The position numbers and the translations under genes were made by a program. The notes under the pieces are model-generated. The model made no database searches. It was not told where the DNA came from and saw only the letters and a list, made by a program, of their open reading frames with translations. A stretch of DNA of 52,391 nt from Aplysia californica (Eukaryota), in the NCBI RefSeq assembly GCF_000002075.1, contig NW_004797540.1, positions 712,404-764,794 of the forward strand. Reading direction: 5' to 3'. Position 1 is the first letter of the stretch, and the number at the start of each line of letters is the position of its first letter. Below are positions 1-20,647 of this stretch, in pieces.

Positions 1-1420
1 TGTGTGTGTGTGTGTGTGTGCGTGCGCACGTGTGTGTGTTTTCCACCCCCATATCGTACCACGCACTCAAAAGTTACAGAAAACTTTCCATCTCCTATTC
101 TGAAACAGAAAGTGTCATCATTTCTCATCATCCCTTCGCTCTTTAACAACTCTCTGAATAATTGATTAAAAAATTCTTATTTATCTTTTCAACAGTTTGC
201 TATATAAAAGTAAAAGAAATAGGGTATGACAAGTACGTGTACACGTATCTATGGTATAATATTGATTAACACTCTTTGGCATGTGCACGTCCTTTTCCTA
301 GCCACGAAAGCGCGAAGTCTGGGTCATGGTCTCTGACTTCAAGACACATGATCATTGCATGCTCGTTAGGCCCAAATAACAACCATGTATAATTATATAG
401 ATCAAATATATAGCATTAATATAGATACCAGGGCCCATACGGTATCTATATATAGGCTATAGGCTATCTTAAAGTACAAAGACAGCCTGACATACATGGT
501 TGATTGCACGCACTTCAGACGGTCCTTTATACACCAAAGACTGCACGCGTTCTCGTACGTGTTAATGGATGTTTCAACTCGTACATTTGTAACTATCTTA
601 GCCAATTAGTGAATTTGTGTGTGTGTGTGTGTGTGTGTGTGGGGGGGGGGGTACCACTTGCCACTCAGAAGTGAGTTTTCAGTGTTTCACTTTTCACTTT
701 TCATCATTTCACCTGTACGTGAACTGTGTGAACTCTGAACTTGTGTCCCCATTTGACCTTACACCATAGACTTGGATTTATAATATCCTAGATTAAAAAC
801 TGCCATGGCAGCCGTTCCTACTTTCTTTAGAAACTTGGCTGGCTTCATGCACACAAGGGACGTAAGAAAAAGAAAGGTAAATAACATCTTTTTCTCTAGT
901 TTGAGTGTGCACTCAACCTCTCCCTTGTGGCCCTTCTTTTGGTTCCAAAAGGAGTCAAATGGTGCTCCAGGAGTATACAATCTAGGATATTATCATATTA
1001 TAAGTCTATGGATCTTACCGACTACTGGCGAAATTTCCCGAGGCAAGCTGCGGTATGACGTAGAGACGAAACGCGCATGCGTGACCTTGCTCACATCTTC
1101 CTTTTAAGTAGGCATTGTGCGATACGTCATATCGATACTCTATTCTGTAAAAACACGCCTTTTTGTCTATGACCTTGACCTTCATATAACATTTTTCAAT
1201 GAAAAAGGAAAAGTTTACTAGCACAAAATCAGGCCCATACAGAATGAATTAAATGATATATATGTGTTCCAAATATAATTGCACTGAAATTTAGACAAGT
1301 CGAGGGGTTGATAAAACAGACATTCTAGTCCATTCAAACGAAAAATCGACATAGAGTATCGACTACAAATAGTCGCGTTAAATCCTGTCGAATACTGTAA
1401 CATTCGCTCGCACTCGCCCA

Positions 1421-1501
1421 TCTTTCTTTCACTCCAACCCAGACTGTCTCCACCGTACTACGTTTGTGCATCTCTATTATTTTGGTAGCAGACAACAACA
1501 G
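1421..1501 (+). other. GAPDH: Probable non-coding first exon of GAPDH
   Basis: Pyrimidine-rich TCTTTCTTTC start (TCT/TOP-like) at 1421, donor CAG|GTGAGA at 1501/1502, and acceptor TCACAG ending 2266, 14 nt before the ATG. The start site is inferred. A perfect DRE-like TATCGATA lies at 1130-1137. Confidence 0.55.
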
Positions 1502-2280
1502 GTGAGAATTTTCACATTTTAATAGAATATTTCTTGAACAATTAAAGCTTTTATTCTTTGAGTTAAACTTTTGTTCGTAGCGTCAAGTGCAGATAATAAT
1601 TGTGGAACCAGTTACAAACACCGGCTGCTCCTGGGCCTACCTGCCGGCATTTTGCTGCACATCGCATTCAGCAGAACACCACTGTACTATTCAACGTAGG
1701 CTTATTTCAGATCAGCAGTTTTTAAAATTAGATCTAATTGTTAGATTAAATCATTAAAATTGTATAAGGGACTGTGTTTTAGGTTGATTTGAGGTGACAG
1801 TGAAGAAATTTACATTGAAATGTCAAGGTTATGTGGCAACCTTGGCTCGGAAGTGCAAGGTCGTCTGTCTCGATTATATGATGCTCTCCTGAACCTGATC
1901 TGTAGCACACTCGCTCACCTCACTGGCATCAGTCAACCGTGTCAACAGGTTATACCCTCCTATACTATACAAGTAGATCAAGTAGAAATCTAGATCTAGA
2001 TACCTAGATCTAGATCTACATCTAGATCTACATCTAATCCCATGTTGTAGTCACAGGCTCAGACACAGGGTTACCCCATTCTAATAGTAACAGTTAACCG
2101 TAACCCCATGCCCCAGGGTCATTATTATTCTGTATCCCTGGGGTTGTATTCTTCACATTTTAGAATACTTTTAGTGCGAAGATCTCTTTGAAACTTTCAC
2201 ACACTTTACTTTCATTTTCATTAATATTATGATTAATTTGGAATCCTTTTGTTGTTTTGTTCACAGAATTCATAGTCAAG

Positions 2281-10025
<7,745 letters not shown>

Positions 10026-10871
10026 TTCACTTACTTTTACTTCCACACAAGAAAAAACTTCTCAGCCTGTTGCTTTTCAAACTGATCTAGGGGTTCTCTT
10101 CGCTGTCAACGCTGGGGGCATCTCTTTTATCGGAATTTTGAAATTGCACTTGAGACTGGGTCCTAGTATTTTGTACATTTTTGCATCTGACTGAGAGTGA
10201 GAATGTTTGCAAACTTGCAGAAATACTCGAATGTAGGGGAATGTATGAATTCACAAGGTGAAGGTCAACTCGACTTGTGCCGGTTGCCATGTGATCGGGG
10301 GGTTGTCTCCTGCTTTTGATTTCTTTTGTGGTCTTTGGGTAGATGATGACATTCATAGCAGAGAAAGCCTGCTAGTGTATCTGATGAGCAAGTCCATTTT
10401 CTACTCAAACGTTGTACATTTTTGGTTAGATCTGTTGGAATCTTTTGTTGCTTCAGGAACATTAGAGAAGGAAAGTGATCTTGTCGTCGGGTAGAATACT
10501 TAGGCATAACTTTAGGTGTACAATTGGTGTTGTTGGGAAAGGAAATATGCGGACACATCTCAGTGTTGTAATTTGCCTCTAGTTACTATTGGCATTTGTC
10601 TTTATTTTACTTTGCTTGAGTGCTGTGATTTTAATTTTCATCATGATTAAATCTCTAGCTATGAATGCATTGTCGTTGTAGCTACTGAGAGTAGGATTGT
10701 TATCAAGTCTCTTAAATCTTTACTACTCAATTCCCTCAGCCCTGTGTTAGTCTTATGTTTTGTATGAGATTTCATCATTAAACATTCGTACTATTAAACA
10801 TTTCATCTTTGAGTTCGTCCTTTTATGTTAGTTTTGTTGATTTTGCTGTCGGTGGCAGCTTGCATTTCTCT

Positions 10872-10926
<55 letters not shown>

Positions 10927-11428
10927 TCATACATATATGTGTGAGCACATTGTGATTTGTAAAGTTTGTGATCGTTGTGTTGCTGCCAGTCTTACAACAT
11001 TGTACTGAAATTAAAATACGGTCTGTGGAAAAGATTTTGTGATCCCAACGGTCTAACCAACTCATTCGTAGCCAACTAAATAATCACTAGCTAGCAACTG
11101 GGATAAGAAGATGTAGTGATTGAGCTCTTTACCTCTGGCACAGAAGCTACAAAGTTTCGTTCCCAAAGAAAGGGTATAATTACCACCATCTCTCTGCTGA
11201 GATGTATCCCACCTGACCGCCAACTACGATGCGTTAGTCAGGCACTTTTTTACCATCGTACGCAGGAGTAGATCTGCCGAGTTGACTTCCCCAGTGGGAA
11301 AATTTTTTATAAAGTAACTTCCACTTTCCACTGGGATATTGTTTCCCTCTGTCTGCTGGGAAGTTGTGTCCGTCTCCCTCTCAGCCCAGATTAGCCCTGT
11401 CTGGCACGCCTTCTCAAATCTATATTGG

Positions 11429-11611
11429 TGGGTGGTTGGCAGGTGCTCTGGTGTGGTTTGCTCCTTCTTTCCTATCAAACATCTGTCATCCTTATCTCTC
11501 CTCCTTTTTTGTTTGTTTGTTACTCTCTTGTAATAGCTCTAATCTTCTGGCGCTCATATGACCTTATGCAGTTGCGAGCGCCGTAAAACCCCTACTACAC
11601 TAAAACTAAAA
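11429..11611 (+). mobile_element. SINE-like family A copy with the alternative (type B) tail
   Basis: Family A body ending GGCGCTCATATGACCTTATGCAGTTGCGAGCGCCGTAAAACC. Confidence 0.85.
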
Positions 11612-13387
11612 GTCCCATCTGTCATAGGTATTATTATATATATAATATAGGTGGGGATGAAGTTGTCTGCCTTCCTAAATTCTAATTGCTGCTGAAGAGA
11701 GCTTTTTACTATACACATACATGAACAAATTTCCAAAGAATTATCGTGTCAGATCTTTAATAATATGTAACTGGATTGGTTACATGCAGTTGTAAATCGC
11801 ACAATATCAAATCACTTACAATCGTTTGTAAAAAGCACACTAAACATATACAAAGGAATTATAAAATTTGATCAAAGTTAAGAAAACTTGAAACAACCTC
11901 AAGCTTGCATAGAAGACAAAACACTGAATACATCACTTTGTTCATTGACCTTTGCTAATATTTTTGCTCTTGGTTGATAAAAACATCCATATTGCAAGCT
12001 CAGAACTTGTCTTAGCCATCTTTTCAACTGACTGTAGAAGGAAGTTTCAATCTTTCACAACTTGCCAACATCCACACAGTTCTTCCTTGCCCCATTTACA
12101 CTGAAGCATATAACCCCACTTTTGGATTCAAATTGTTATTGCAAATGGTCGCTTTGAAGGACAAATGGGCTAACCCAGATTTCGAGGTTAGTTCCAGAAA
12201 TCTTGACCTACACCAAAAGTGGTCATTGCCCTACCTATAGAACAAGTTTGGCTTCATTGGTGTGTGTATATTTGTTTGGTTATAGAGAAAACTCTCCTTG
12301 TCTTTTAAAGAAACCGAACAAGGTGCAAAAACTTTACCTTCCATTTTCTGAAAACATTTTTTTGGGATAGCTCCCTTGAGCTTAAAAGCAACCAAATAAC
12401 ATTCATCATTTGTACCAATATCTTCAGAACCACTAGCTGCCTACATTTTAAAATGTGTCATTAAATTAAACAAACTGCTCATTCTGGGAAGAACACGGTG
12501 CATACATACAGTCTCAGAAACTCTTTTTTTACACCGTTCATTTTCACATTCACATCACTGCACATCATTGTGAGTATATATACGTAAAGAAATCGTCAGT
12601 GAGATATTTGATAAAGTCGCCACTTGTCCCTGGCAATAGAAATAATAAATAAATATTTTTAAAAAACATGCTGAAGTTGAGTACATCAAACATGGCTCAG
12701 ATCTCACTCTCAGGTCTGCAGCTGCCACAAGACTTTTGTCTTTGAACAACGAAAAATGTCACAAAAACCTGAGAATACTGAGATGGCCTCATGGAGCACG
12801 CTGAAACATGCTAATGATTAATAGATCGTATTTGTATAAGCACAAATTCCCGCTCAACAAGCTCTGTGCGTTTCACAATCTAAACTATTACCCCATCAGA
12901 CCTGACAGCATTATAAACCAATCTCAACTTCCTGGGAAGCATACATACAGTACAAACAATCTTCCATTTTGTAAGCGCTAAAACATGCACAACCAAATAC
13001 TAACATACTTTCCCTGAATCTGTATTTAACACACACACTTATTATACTATTACTATACATATGTACTAGTCTGATAAAAGACTCGGGTAGATCTACCCCG
13101 CACAAAGCTGTAGAGTATCCCGCTCAGTGACCTACTCCTGTAGATATATATAGCCTACCAAGGTCATGTCATAGCATCAGTACGGTCAATACTGAAACTT
13201 GTATTCAAGATTTTAAATTAAATGTCAAAACGCGTCTCATCAGTAGAATATTCGATCATACAACTTTGACAAAGTCACATTGTTCACACACTCCATGAAA
13301 CCTGATCGGACGACATCACCATGGCAACATTCTCCTTCTCTCATCATGTGTACTTGCACTGTGTAGAACAGATGACAGGCATACATT

Positions 13388-13652
13388 GGGGGAACTTCTG
13401 ATTTCTCTTTCCTCATCCTTACTATCATCATTTTTCCTCTACTTCTTTTGTATGCTTGTCACTCTCTCGTATACTGCTATTTCCGGGGCGCCTTGAAAGT
13501 CGAAGCAGACTTTGTGCTGTTGAGGCTAGAGAGGTGAGCAGATTAAACCTGATTCTCCGTTTGGACTTCTCTGTTGACATCCACCCCTTGGCGCTCATAT
13601 GACCTTAGTATGCAGTTGTGAGCGCTGTAAAACCTTACTAAAACAAACAAAC
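13388..13652 (+). mobile_element. Retroposon family B (probable LINE 3' end or LINE-tailed SINE)
   Basis: Close match to 26890-27140. Ends in the type B stem-loop and an (AAAC)n tail. Confidence 0.8.
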
Positions 13653-13671
13653 AATGAAACACACTGTCACT

Positions 13672-13885
13672 TGACCAGTGTCTGCGGTGTAGCGCTTTGG
13701 TGATTAACTGTCACATGCAGGAGAACCCGGTTCGATTCCTGAGTGAGGAGAATTTTTATCAAATATCTGGGTCTTTTTACTGAGTCCTTGTTACGGTTGT
13801 ACCCCTCTCAGCATCGATTTGGCCTCAAAAGGCAAGGTCAAAATCCTTCTCTTAAATTACCTAAATTGTGTCAGAAACACTGACA
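13672..13885 (+). mobile_element. tRNA-derived repeat
   Basis: GGTGTAGCG A-box-like and GGTTCGATTCC B-box. The body resembles 17400-17610 and the element in the innexin spacers. Confidence 0.55.
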
Positions 13886-14031
13886 TTGACATTTAAAAAA
13901 AATACACAAAAAAAAGCCTTTCATTTATCATGCATACAATTCTGAACTTCCGCTTTGTGAGATCTGCATAAAATACATTCACATTGCACAGTTTTGTGCA
14001 AAGATCACAAGTACAGTTACACCCAGTAAAA

Positions 14032-14211
14032 CTGTCCCCGTAGTTTTAAGCAAGAAAAATTTTGAAATTATGCAAGCGGAGCCCAAAAATGTGAAATTAT
14101 GCGATTCTATTAATTTTAACAAAGAATGATAAAGGAAAATAATAAGAAATTATGAAAAAAATGATCAAATTTTGCCAAATTATGCGGGGTGCATAAAACC
14201 ACGGGGACAGG
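14032..14211. mobile_element. MITE (~180 bp)
   Basis: TIR CTGTCCCCG..TTTTA / TAAAACCACGGGGACAG, short TSD (TAAAA). Second copy at 34538-34723, partial copy at 32633-32757. Confidence 0.85.
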
Positions 14212-15583
14212 TAAAAGGAAAAGTAATTCTGGTGGTTATTGCAGCAGTTTGAAACAAACAAAAACCTCAACATTAAAAAAAAATGTAATGTAAAGAGTTC
14301 CTCAGTAATGATGTCATCTCAGTCAAAACTGGCCCAGGTTTTGACACGACATTTTGAGATGAAGATATATTGAAAAGAAAAGGAAACTTGAGAAAAGCCG
14401 CTTATTTGACTTTTCTAAACATGTACATAAATATGTGAGGCAGCATGGTGAAATCAGGCGCTCGTCAAAATGCTGAATTCAAAGCACTTTTCCGCTGTTC
14501 AGCAATTTTTTTCTCGAATTTTTTGTTTTTTTACTCAACACCTTAATTTTATGTCAATTTGAAAAGACATTTCTGAATGGAAATTACTGAAAAACGTTGA
14601 TTTTTGTAGATTTTCAGATATATAATATATGTAAATTTTCAGTTTCCAAAATCTCTCAAGTAAAGGAAGATACCGAACTTTAGCAGCCATTTTCTCGCTA
14701 ATTTTACCTCGGAAACCAAGCAAGCATTACCTCCTTCAATTGCAAATATCTCAAGTTCTATTCAAGTTAAAAATGTGTTTTTTCACCACATGCAAGACAA
14801 ATGAACAAGCTGTAATAGATGTTACCAACAACTCCATATGCCCAAAAACTGACGAGCACCTGATTCCACCGCGTTGCGACACGTATGCATTTTTACATGC
14901 AATAAAAAAAGCAATAAATAAGCTTGTTTGCCTCCTTTGCAAAACATTTTAAATTACTTTAATAAATGTACAGAAAAGCCTTTTCACTTTTTAATGAACT
15001 TTCACAGACTAGAAAAGATCAGTGTCTGTGATTTAAGGGTTGGGTTGCTCACCTTTGAAGCAGAAAATATACGTTTGATTCTTGAGTCTGGTACTTCATT
15101 TCTATTGAGTATCTCCACCTGACTGCAGGGACGTTGTGTCCCACTCAACATATGGTGGCCTTGACAGGCTGGGTGGAAGTAGCCTGACTGCTAAATGGTC
15201 TAAAATGTGTCTCTATAGAGGTGCAAAACATTTATTATAATCTTTTTGAGCAGCGGGTCTAAGCACTTAATTCTAGACTGTACTATACTGTGTATATACT
15301 GATATACACAAAACGTACTACTATTAATAAACTTGGTCTGCACTATAATTTAGACATAGGAATACAATTCTATGCATACATCTAACCCTCTCTGTCTATG
15401 GCAAGTTTTGCAGGTAGAAAAGACTAATCTTGATCTGGAAAACTGAATCCGGACAAGTGGTGGATGGAATCCATAGAAACGTCTTCTTTAGACTACTAGT
15501 CCAGATCCAGATAAGTGGATGGTGAAATCGACTGAAACGTCTTATTTAGACTAGTCTTTAGCCCAGAGCCAGACTACTAAGCC

Positions 15584-15852
15584 TTGTTCTATTCCATCAA
15601 AAATAAGAAAAAGGATCAAGATTTGGCAAGAACTTACTGAACATGAGAAGTCAATGCACAAACTATCATTTTTTAAATAGAAAAATCATGGTTTTGTGGC
15701 AAGGAAGCAAAGATCCTTCCATGCCACAAAACCATAAGTTTTCAATTTTAAATAATTTTTCATTGGTGCAAGGAACATTGACCTTTTATTTTCTGTAAGT
15801 TCTTGTCAAATCTTGATTTTTTTTGGGGGCCATTTTTGATGGAATAGACCAA
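15584..15852. mobile_element. Fold-back, palindromic MITE-like element
   Basis: TCTATTCCATCAAAA..TTTTGATGGAATAGA, AAGATTTGGCAAGAACTTAC..GTAAGTTCTTGTCAAATCTT and ATGGTTTTGTGGCA..TGCCACAAAACCAT pair all the way to the centre. Confidence 0.85.
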
Positions 15853-16031
15853 TATATCTTCTTATAAGTTATACAGTTGCATTTTTGTATGCAGACCTAC
15901 TTTTAGAAAGGCTTAAGATTGAAAGATTTTTTCCCTCTTTAGATCTTGTAAGTTAAATGTGACAAAGCATTCTTCTCAAAACTGATGTAAGAAGAGGTAA
16001 GTTTCTAACCTTCACGGGTTGCAATTTCTCT

Positions 16032-19000
16032 CTAAAAAAATCGATATCCTCTTCGTTTTTTGTAACCAAACTTGTAAATCAAAACTAGCAAGACGGGGGC
16101 TAGAACGAGAAACACAATCTGCTTGTAGCTCCACGGCTGCTCGGGGAACAGCGACACCTCCGTGTCGTCCGTGTACGTCAGCCGGAAGGAGACCATTCTC
16201 TCCGTCCCTATGGTGTACTGACTGGCCCGGTTCAGCACCATCGTGAGAGCGGACATGTCGTAGCGGTGACACCCCGTTGTTCTCGGGCGCCGGATGTCGA
16301 AGCATCCGCTGTAGCGCGCATGTTGGGGACTTATGCAGTCTTCGTTGAGTGCACACTTCAGCCACGGCTTCATCAACTCATTCCAAGTGGTCTCCGTTCT
16401 GTATAAAACTATTGCCTCTGGGCTCAGCAAGCTGCACTCCTTGAATGTGCATCGGTTCTCGTTGACGAACGTGAACATGTCTCTGTCCGAGTACGCCACG
16501 AGCGACGTGAACAGCACGTGGTCCCACACAAAGTAGCTTCGCGACCCACGCATGCGCAGATAGTTTGGAGACGACGGGTTTTTGAATCTGGTTGTTGGTT
16601 CAACATACATTGCAGATCCATGTTCCAGTAATACGTTCTGCAATACAATGGGTCGCCACGCATAGGTCTCCCTGAAGGAGACGTGACGAGGGAAACTCTC
16701 ATAGTCAAAATCCCTCACTTCACAATGGCCGTATTTCTTCAGCTGCAATTATATAAGAAAGGTGTAGGATTAAAATTCACTTGAGTTTGAAGAACGGCAA
16801 AAAACAACTCAGCTCTCTTCAACTGAGATACATTAGAAGTAGAAGTTAAGATAAAAAAAGGAAGAAAAAAATCAACAAAACATATCATAAGGAAATAACT
16901 TATATAAGGTATTTCATACGGCAATGTTCAGACACATTGAAACAAAGATACAAAATGAAAATACCCCCAAGACAAACAAAATCAATTAGGCTCTTTACTG
17001 ATTTCGACAGGAAGATTTTTTTCACAAAGACCACTGTCACACATTAATCCACAACATGATAACAAACATTCAAACAATATCGTTGCAAGGCAGCGTCCAG
17101 GGAGAAAGGAGCAGAGGCAGACCGAAGAAGAGTTGGGAGGACAACATCAAGGAATGGGCAGGTCTTGACCGCAAAGACACGCTCTAAAAAGCTGAAGACC
17201 GGAAAGAGTGGAGAAAGCTGGTGGCCAAATCTTCAAAAGCCCCGACGGACATCCAGTCTACGGGATAGGGGAAGTGAAGGTGAATAACTTCATTGCCGGT
17301 ACTGCTAGTCCCTGTTATTCAGCAAGCATTGAATGGTACCGGTATGTCTTACTCTGACTCAGACACTCTGATGACCACCCTTCTAAATGCAGTCACGTCA
17401 ACCTTGCTTGGACTGGCGTCTGTCGTAGCATAATAGACGCAAATTGCCATCGCATGTAGAAGTCCTGAGTTTGATTCCTATGTGGGGAAAATTTTAAACA
17501 GTTTTTCTGTTGGGGCAGTGTATCCCTTTCAGCCTGGAATTGGTCCTGACAGACAGGGTTGAAGCCAGCCTCCTAAATGATCTAATTGTGTCAATGGGCT
17601 CACAAGACACCTAACTGTACATTAACGCTCTCGTTATTTTCAATTAAAAACTAGGATTGAAAATGTGAAACAGAATAAAATTATGTAGTAAAATGCCCCT
17701 TGATGTTTTATACAAGTGACAGCTTTATGTGGAGATTCCCAGAAACTGATTTGGTCAAATGTGGAATGACGTTGATGATATGTCAATGCCAGGACACATA
17801 AACTTGGCACAGTCCCATTTATGAGTCTCCTGAAAAAAGAGAGTTTCACTCACCAGTTCTCTCTCTTTCTGGTAAAGTCCTAAGTCGTACACTATGAGCT
17901 GCACGTCCGAGTGGGTGGGCTTTATGTCCTCTGCAAGGTGATGGATGAGACCCTGCAGCTAGAAATGAATTTGAAAAAAAAATGCTAATGTTACTGACAG
18001 TACAGTGGTTGAAAGCGCAAACTCTATAACAATAATGCTGAAGTCAAAATCAGACATTTTTTCCAGCACAGAAAAGGTTTTCAGTTTTTTCTCAAAGTTT
18101 GTTCTTTTCCTTCTTTTTCTTACGGAGATGCAACACCAATTATTGCAAAGCTATAAATATAAATATATACATACGTATGTTTAGCTACTTGCTTATTTCT
18201 TACACTTTTTCCATATCATGTAATGACAGATTTGTGCCATCTACTGTAAAGAGGCAGTCACTCGTAAGGATCGTTCAGAGATCATGTTCATTAATGTTTA
18301 GGAAAAAACTATACCAAAGTTCAGATGAAATGCACTAGGAGGAACTTCGGAAAAGTCATCTGAACTTTATAAAAAATGTTAATGCCAAGCCCCGTTGATG
18401 CACAAAGGGTAGTATTAAAAAAAGAATACTAGCAGCTTTTGTATTTGTAGTACAGTGGAGTCCGCTTAAAGTGAACATGCTTTATTTGTACAATTGGTTA
18501 AAGTGAACGATATTCTGTGGTTCCGATTGAAACGTTATTTGTATAAGTAAAAAAAATAGTGGATAAAATGAAAATGTTCACTTTAAGTGAACTATACGGG
18601 TTTCCCTAATTATACCTATTGCATGCTCCAAATCATACACTGAACAAGACAACCATTTCTCTCCTCGACAATGAGTGGCTGTCTTGGGCAATATATTTCC
18701 TCTATATCACAACAACAAACCTGGTAAAACTGATCTGACGTCACACCGGTGACTAGAGGCGGCAAAGTGTTAGATTCCATCGGAAAATCTTCTACCGAAG
18801 ACGGGGGCTTCAGTCGGGCCAAATAGGCACTGGCATCTCCGTATGTGTAGTTCTCCAGCTGAACCGGGGAGAAGAACAAAAACATCAGTACAGTCTAGTC
18901 CAGATATATCAAAGCCTTAGGTAACAGTTTGCCGTTTATATGAAAGAATTTGACTACATCTCCTTTTCTCAACTAACTGAATCCATTATAAACTAGAGTT

Positions 19001-20307
19001 TTACAGAAAGGAAATTGACAGATATCTATAATGTCAAGAAATCAAATAAAACCAAGTTTTCTTTTTCGGAGGAAAAATAAGTCAAAGAACGATGAAGAAA
19101 AAGCAAATTCTTACGGAGACAAAAGCAAAACCTCAAATTCAGGTTATCAGTAAACTAGTATACCCATAACATGTTTTCAGTGTCTAGCTATTGGGGAAAA
19201 AAATAGGGAAAACTGTAAACAAAAAGATATAACTTAGTTTTGAAAGTGAGGTTTTCAAATTGTCTTCGTATTTGTTGCATTGTAATGCGACGCATCAAAC
19301 CAATGAGCAAAGAAAAGGATACTAGAAATGTCCATTGGCTGTACAAGTTGAGGCTGAGAACACGTCTCCAATATCTTGGAACAGAAGTGCTTATTATCTC
19401 TCATTACATTTAAGCGGGTAACAATGTAACTCAGTATGTATGTAGTATAGGGATTTATACAGCGCTCGCAACTGCTAACAGATCGAAGAACAAGCTACTG
19501 AAAATTACCTACTTAGATTTCACTGATTTTTTTCTAGCTTCTAGCTGTTAACAACATAGACATCACCTTCCACATTCAAAAAGAAATTCACAAATGTTCT
19601 GTTCTCACGTGATTTTTTTTCGTGTAAAAATACAACTTTGTATAAAGTTATTCAACAAATACTTACAATTTTTAAATTCTCTTCTTTGAGAGTGCTGAAT
19701 ATCTGTCTGCAAGGCCCATCAAGATCACTTTCTTGCTTGATGCGGGCATAGAGAATGCTGTACGAAACAACTAAATAGACTAAAGCAGATATCACGATCC
19801 AAAACAAAAGAGACATAACAACCATGTTAGAAGTCAGAGGAAATTGCTTCCGTGCCGCTTCCTTTTCTTTTTCAAAGGAATAGTTTGCTTTCCAATGATT
19901 TTTCTCGTCATCTTTCTTTTGCTGGGCCAGTTTTCTGTTACTAGATGATGTCTGAAACAGAGGAAAGAAATGTATATAACATAAGATATGAGATGAGATA
20001 AGATAAGATAAGATACATCTTTATTGTCCAGATCCTGGCACAATACATTGGATTATAACGAACAATTATTAAATTCACTTTCTATATATATGACCTATAT
20101 ATGTTTTGTGAGGTGACTTTACAAGCCTTACACTGACGCAAGCAACAACGGAAATAACAATAATATTAACATCTCATAATAGAAGACAGCACAAAAAGTA
20201 ATATACAATTAAGATTTACTACCGTTTATCTCCCTATCTCTCTAGTCTGTGCCCCCCCCCTTTTTCCCCCCCAAATTTTCCTTTCATGCATCTTCCGCTG
20301 GATCCCT

Positions 20308-20346
<39 letters not shown>

Positions 20347-20647
20347 TCTCTCTCTTTCTCCAGCTCTTTCTCTTTTACACACACAAAAATATCTTAATAA
20401 TATGAAGGCATTACTTTGACTTTGAAACTGAATAACTAATCCACGTGCAAATCACACGTACAAGGAATCACTCACAGTCACAAAACTTTATAATAATTTA
20501 CTTTTTTTCAATGGAAAACCTCTAGATCTAGACCTTGATTGAGAAAAGCATCTCAATCTGCTGAAAGACACTAAGTGGAAATTAACCTACCGTAATGGCT
20601 TTTAGGCTGGTGAGATAGGAGTTCTGCAGTTCCGTCAAGTTCTTCAT
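16032..20647 (-). CDS. DUF1647-like (putative glycosyltransferase-related) membrane protein, 5 exons, ~431 aa
   Basis: Exons 20647-20591, 19951-19667, 18858-18721, 17958-17854, 16742-16032, all phase 0 and GT-AG. Motifs LVTGVTSDQF, LIVYDLGL, EVRDFDYESFPRHV, YAWRPIV, WLKCALNEDCISP and CHRYDMSAL resemble DUF1647 proteins as I recall them. Hydrophobic segments lie near the N-terminus and at the C-terminus. The first exon and start codon are less certain. Confidence 0.8.
17085..17284 (+). mobile_element. RTE-type LINE 3' fragment
   Basis: Encodes QGSVQGERSRGRPKKSWEDNIKEW, typical of an RTE ORF C-terminus. Confidence 0.75.
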
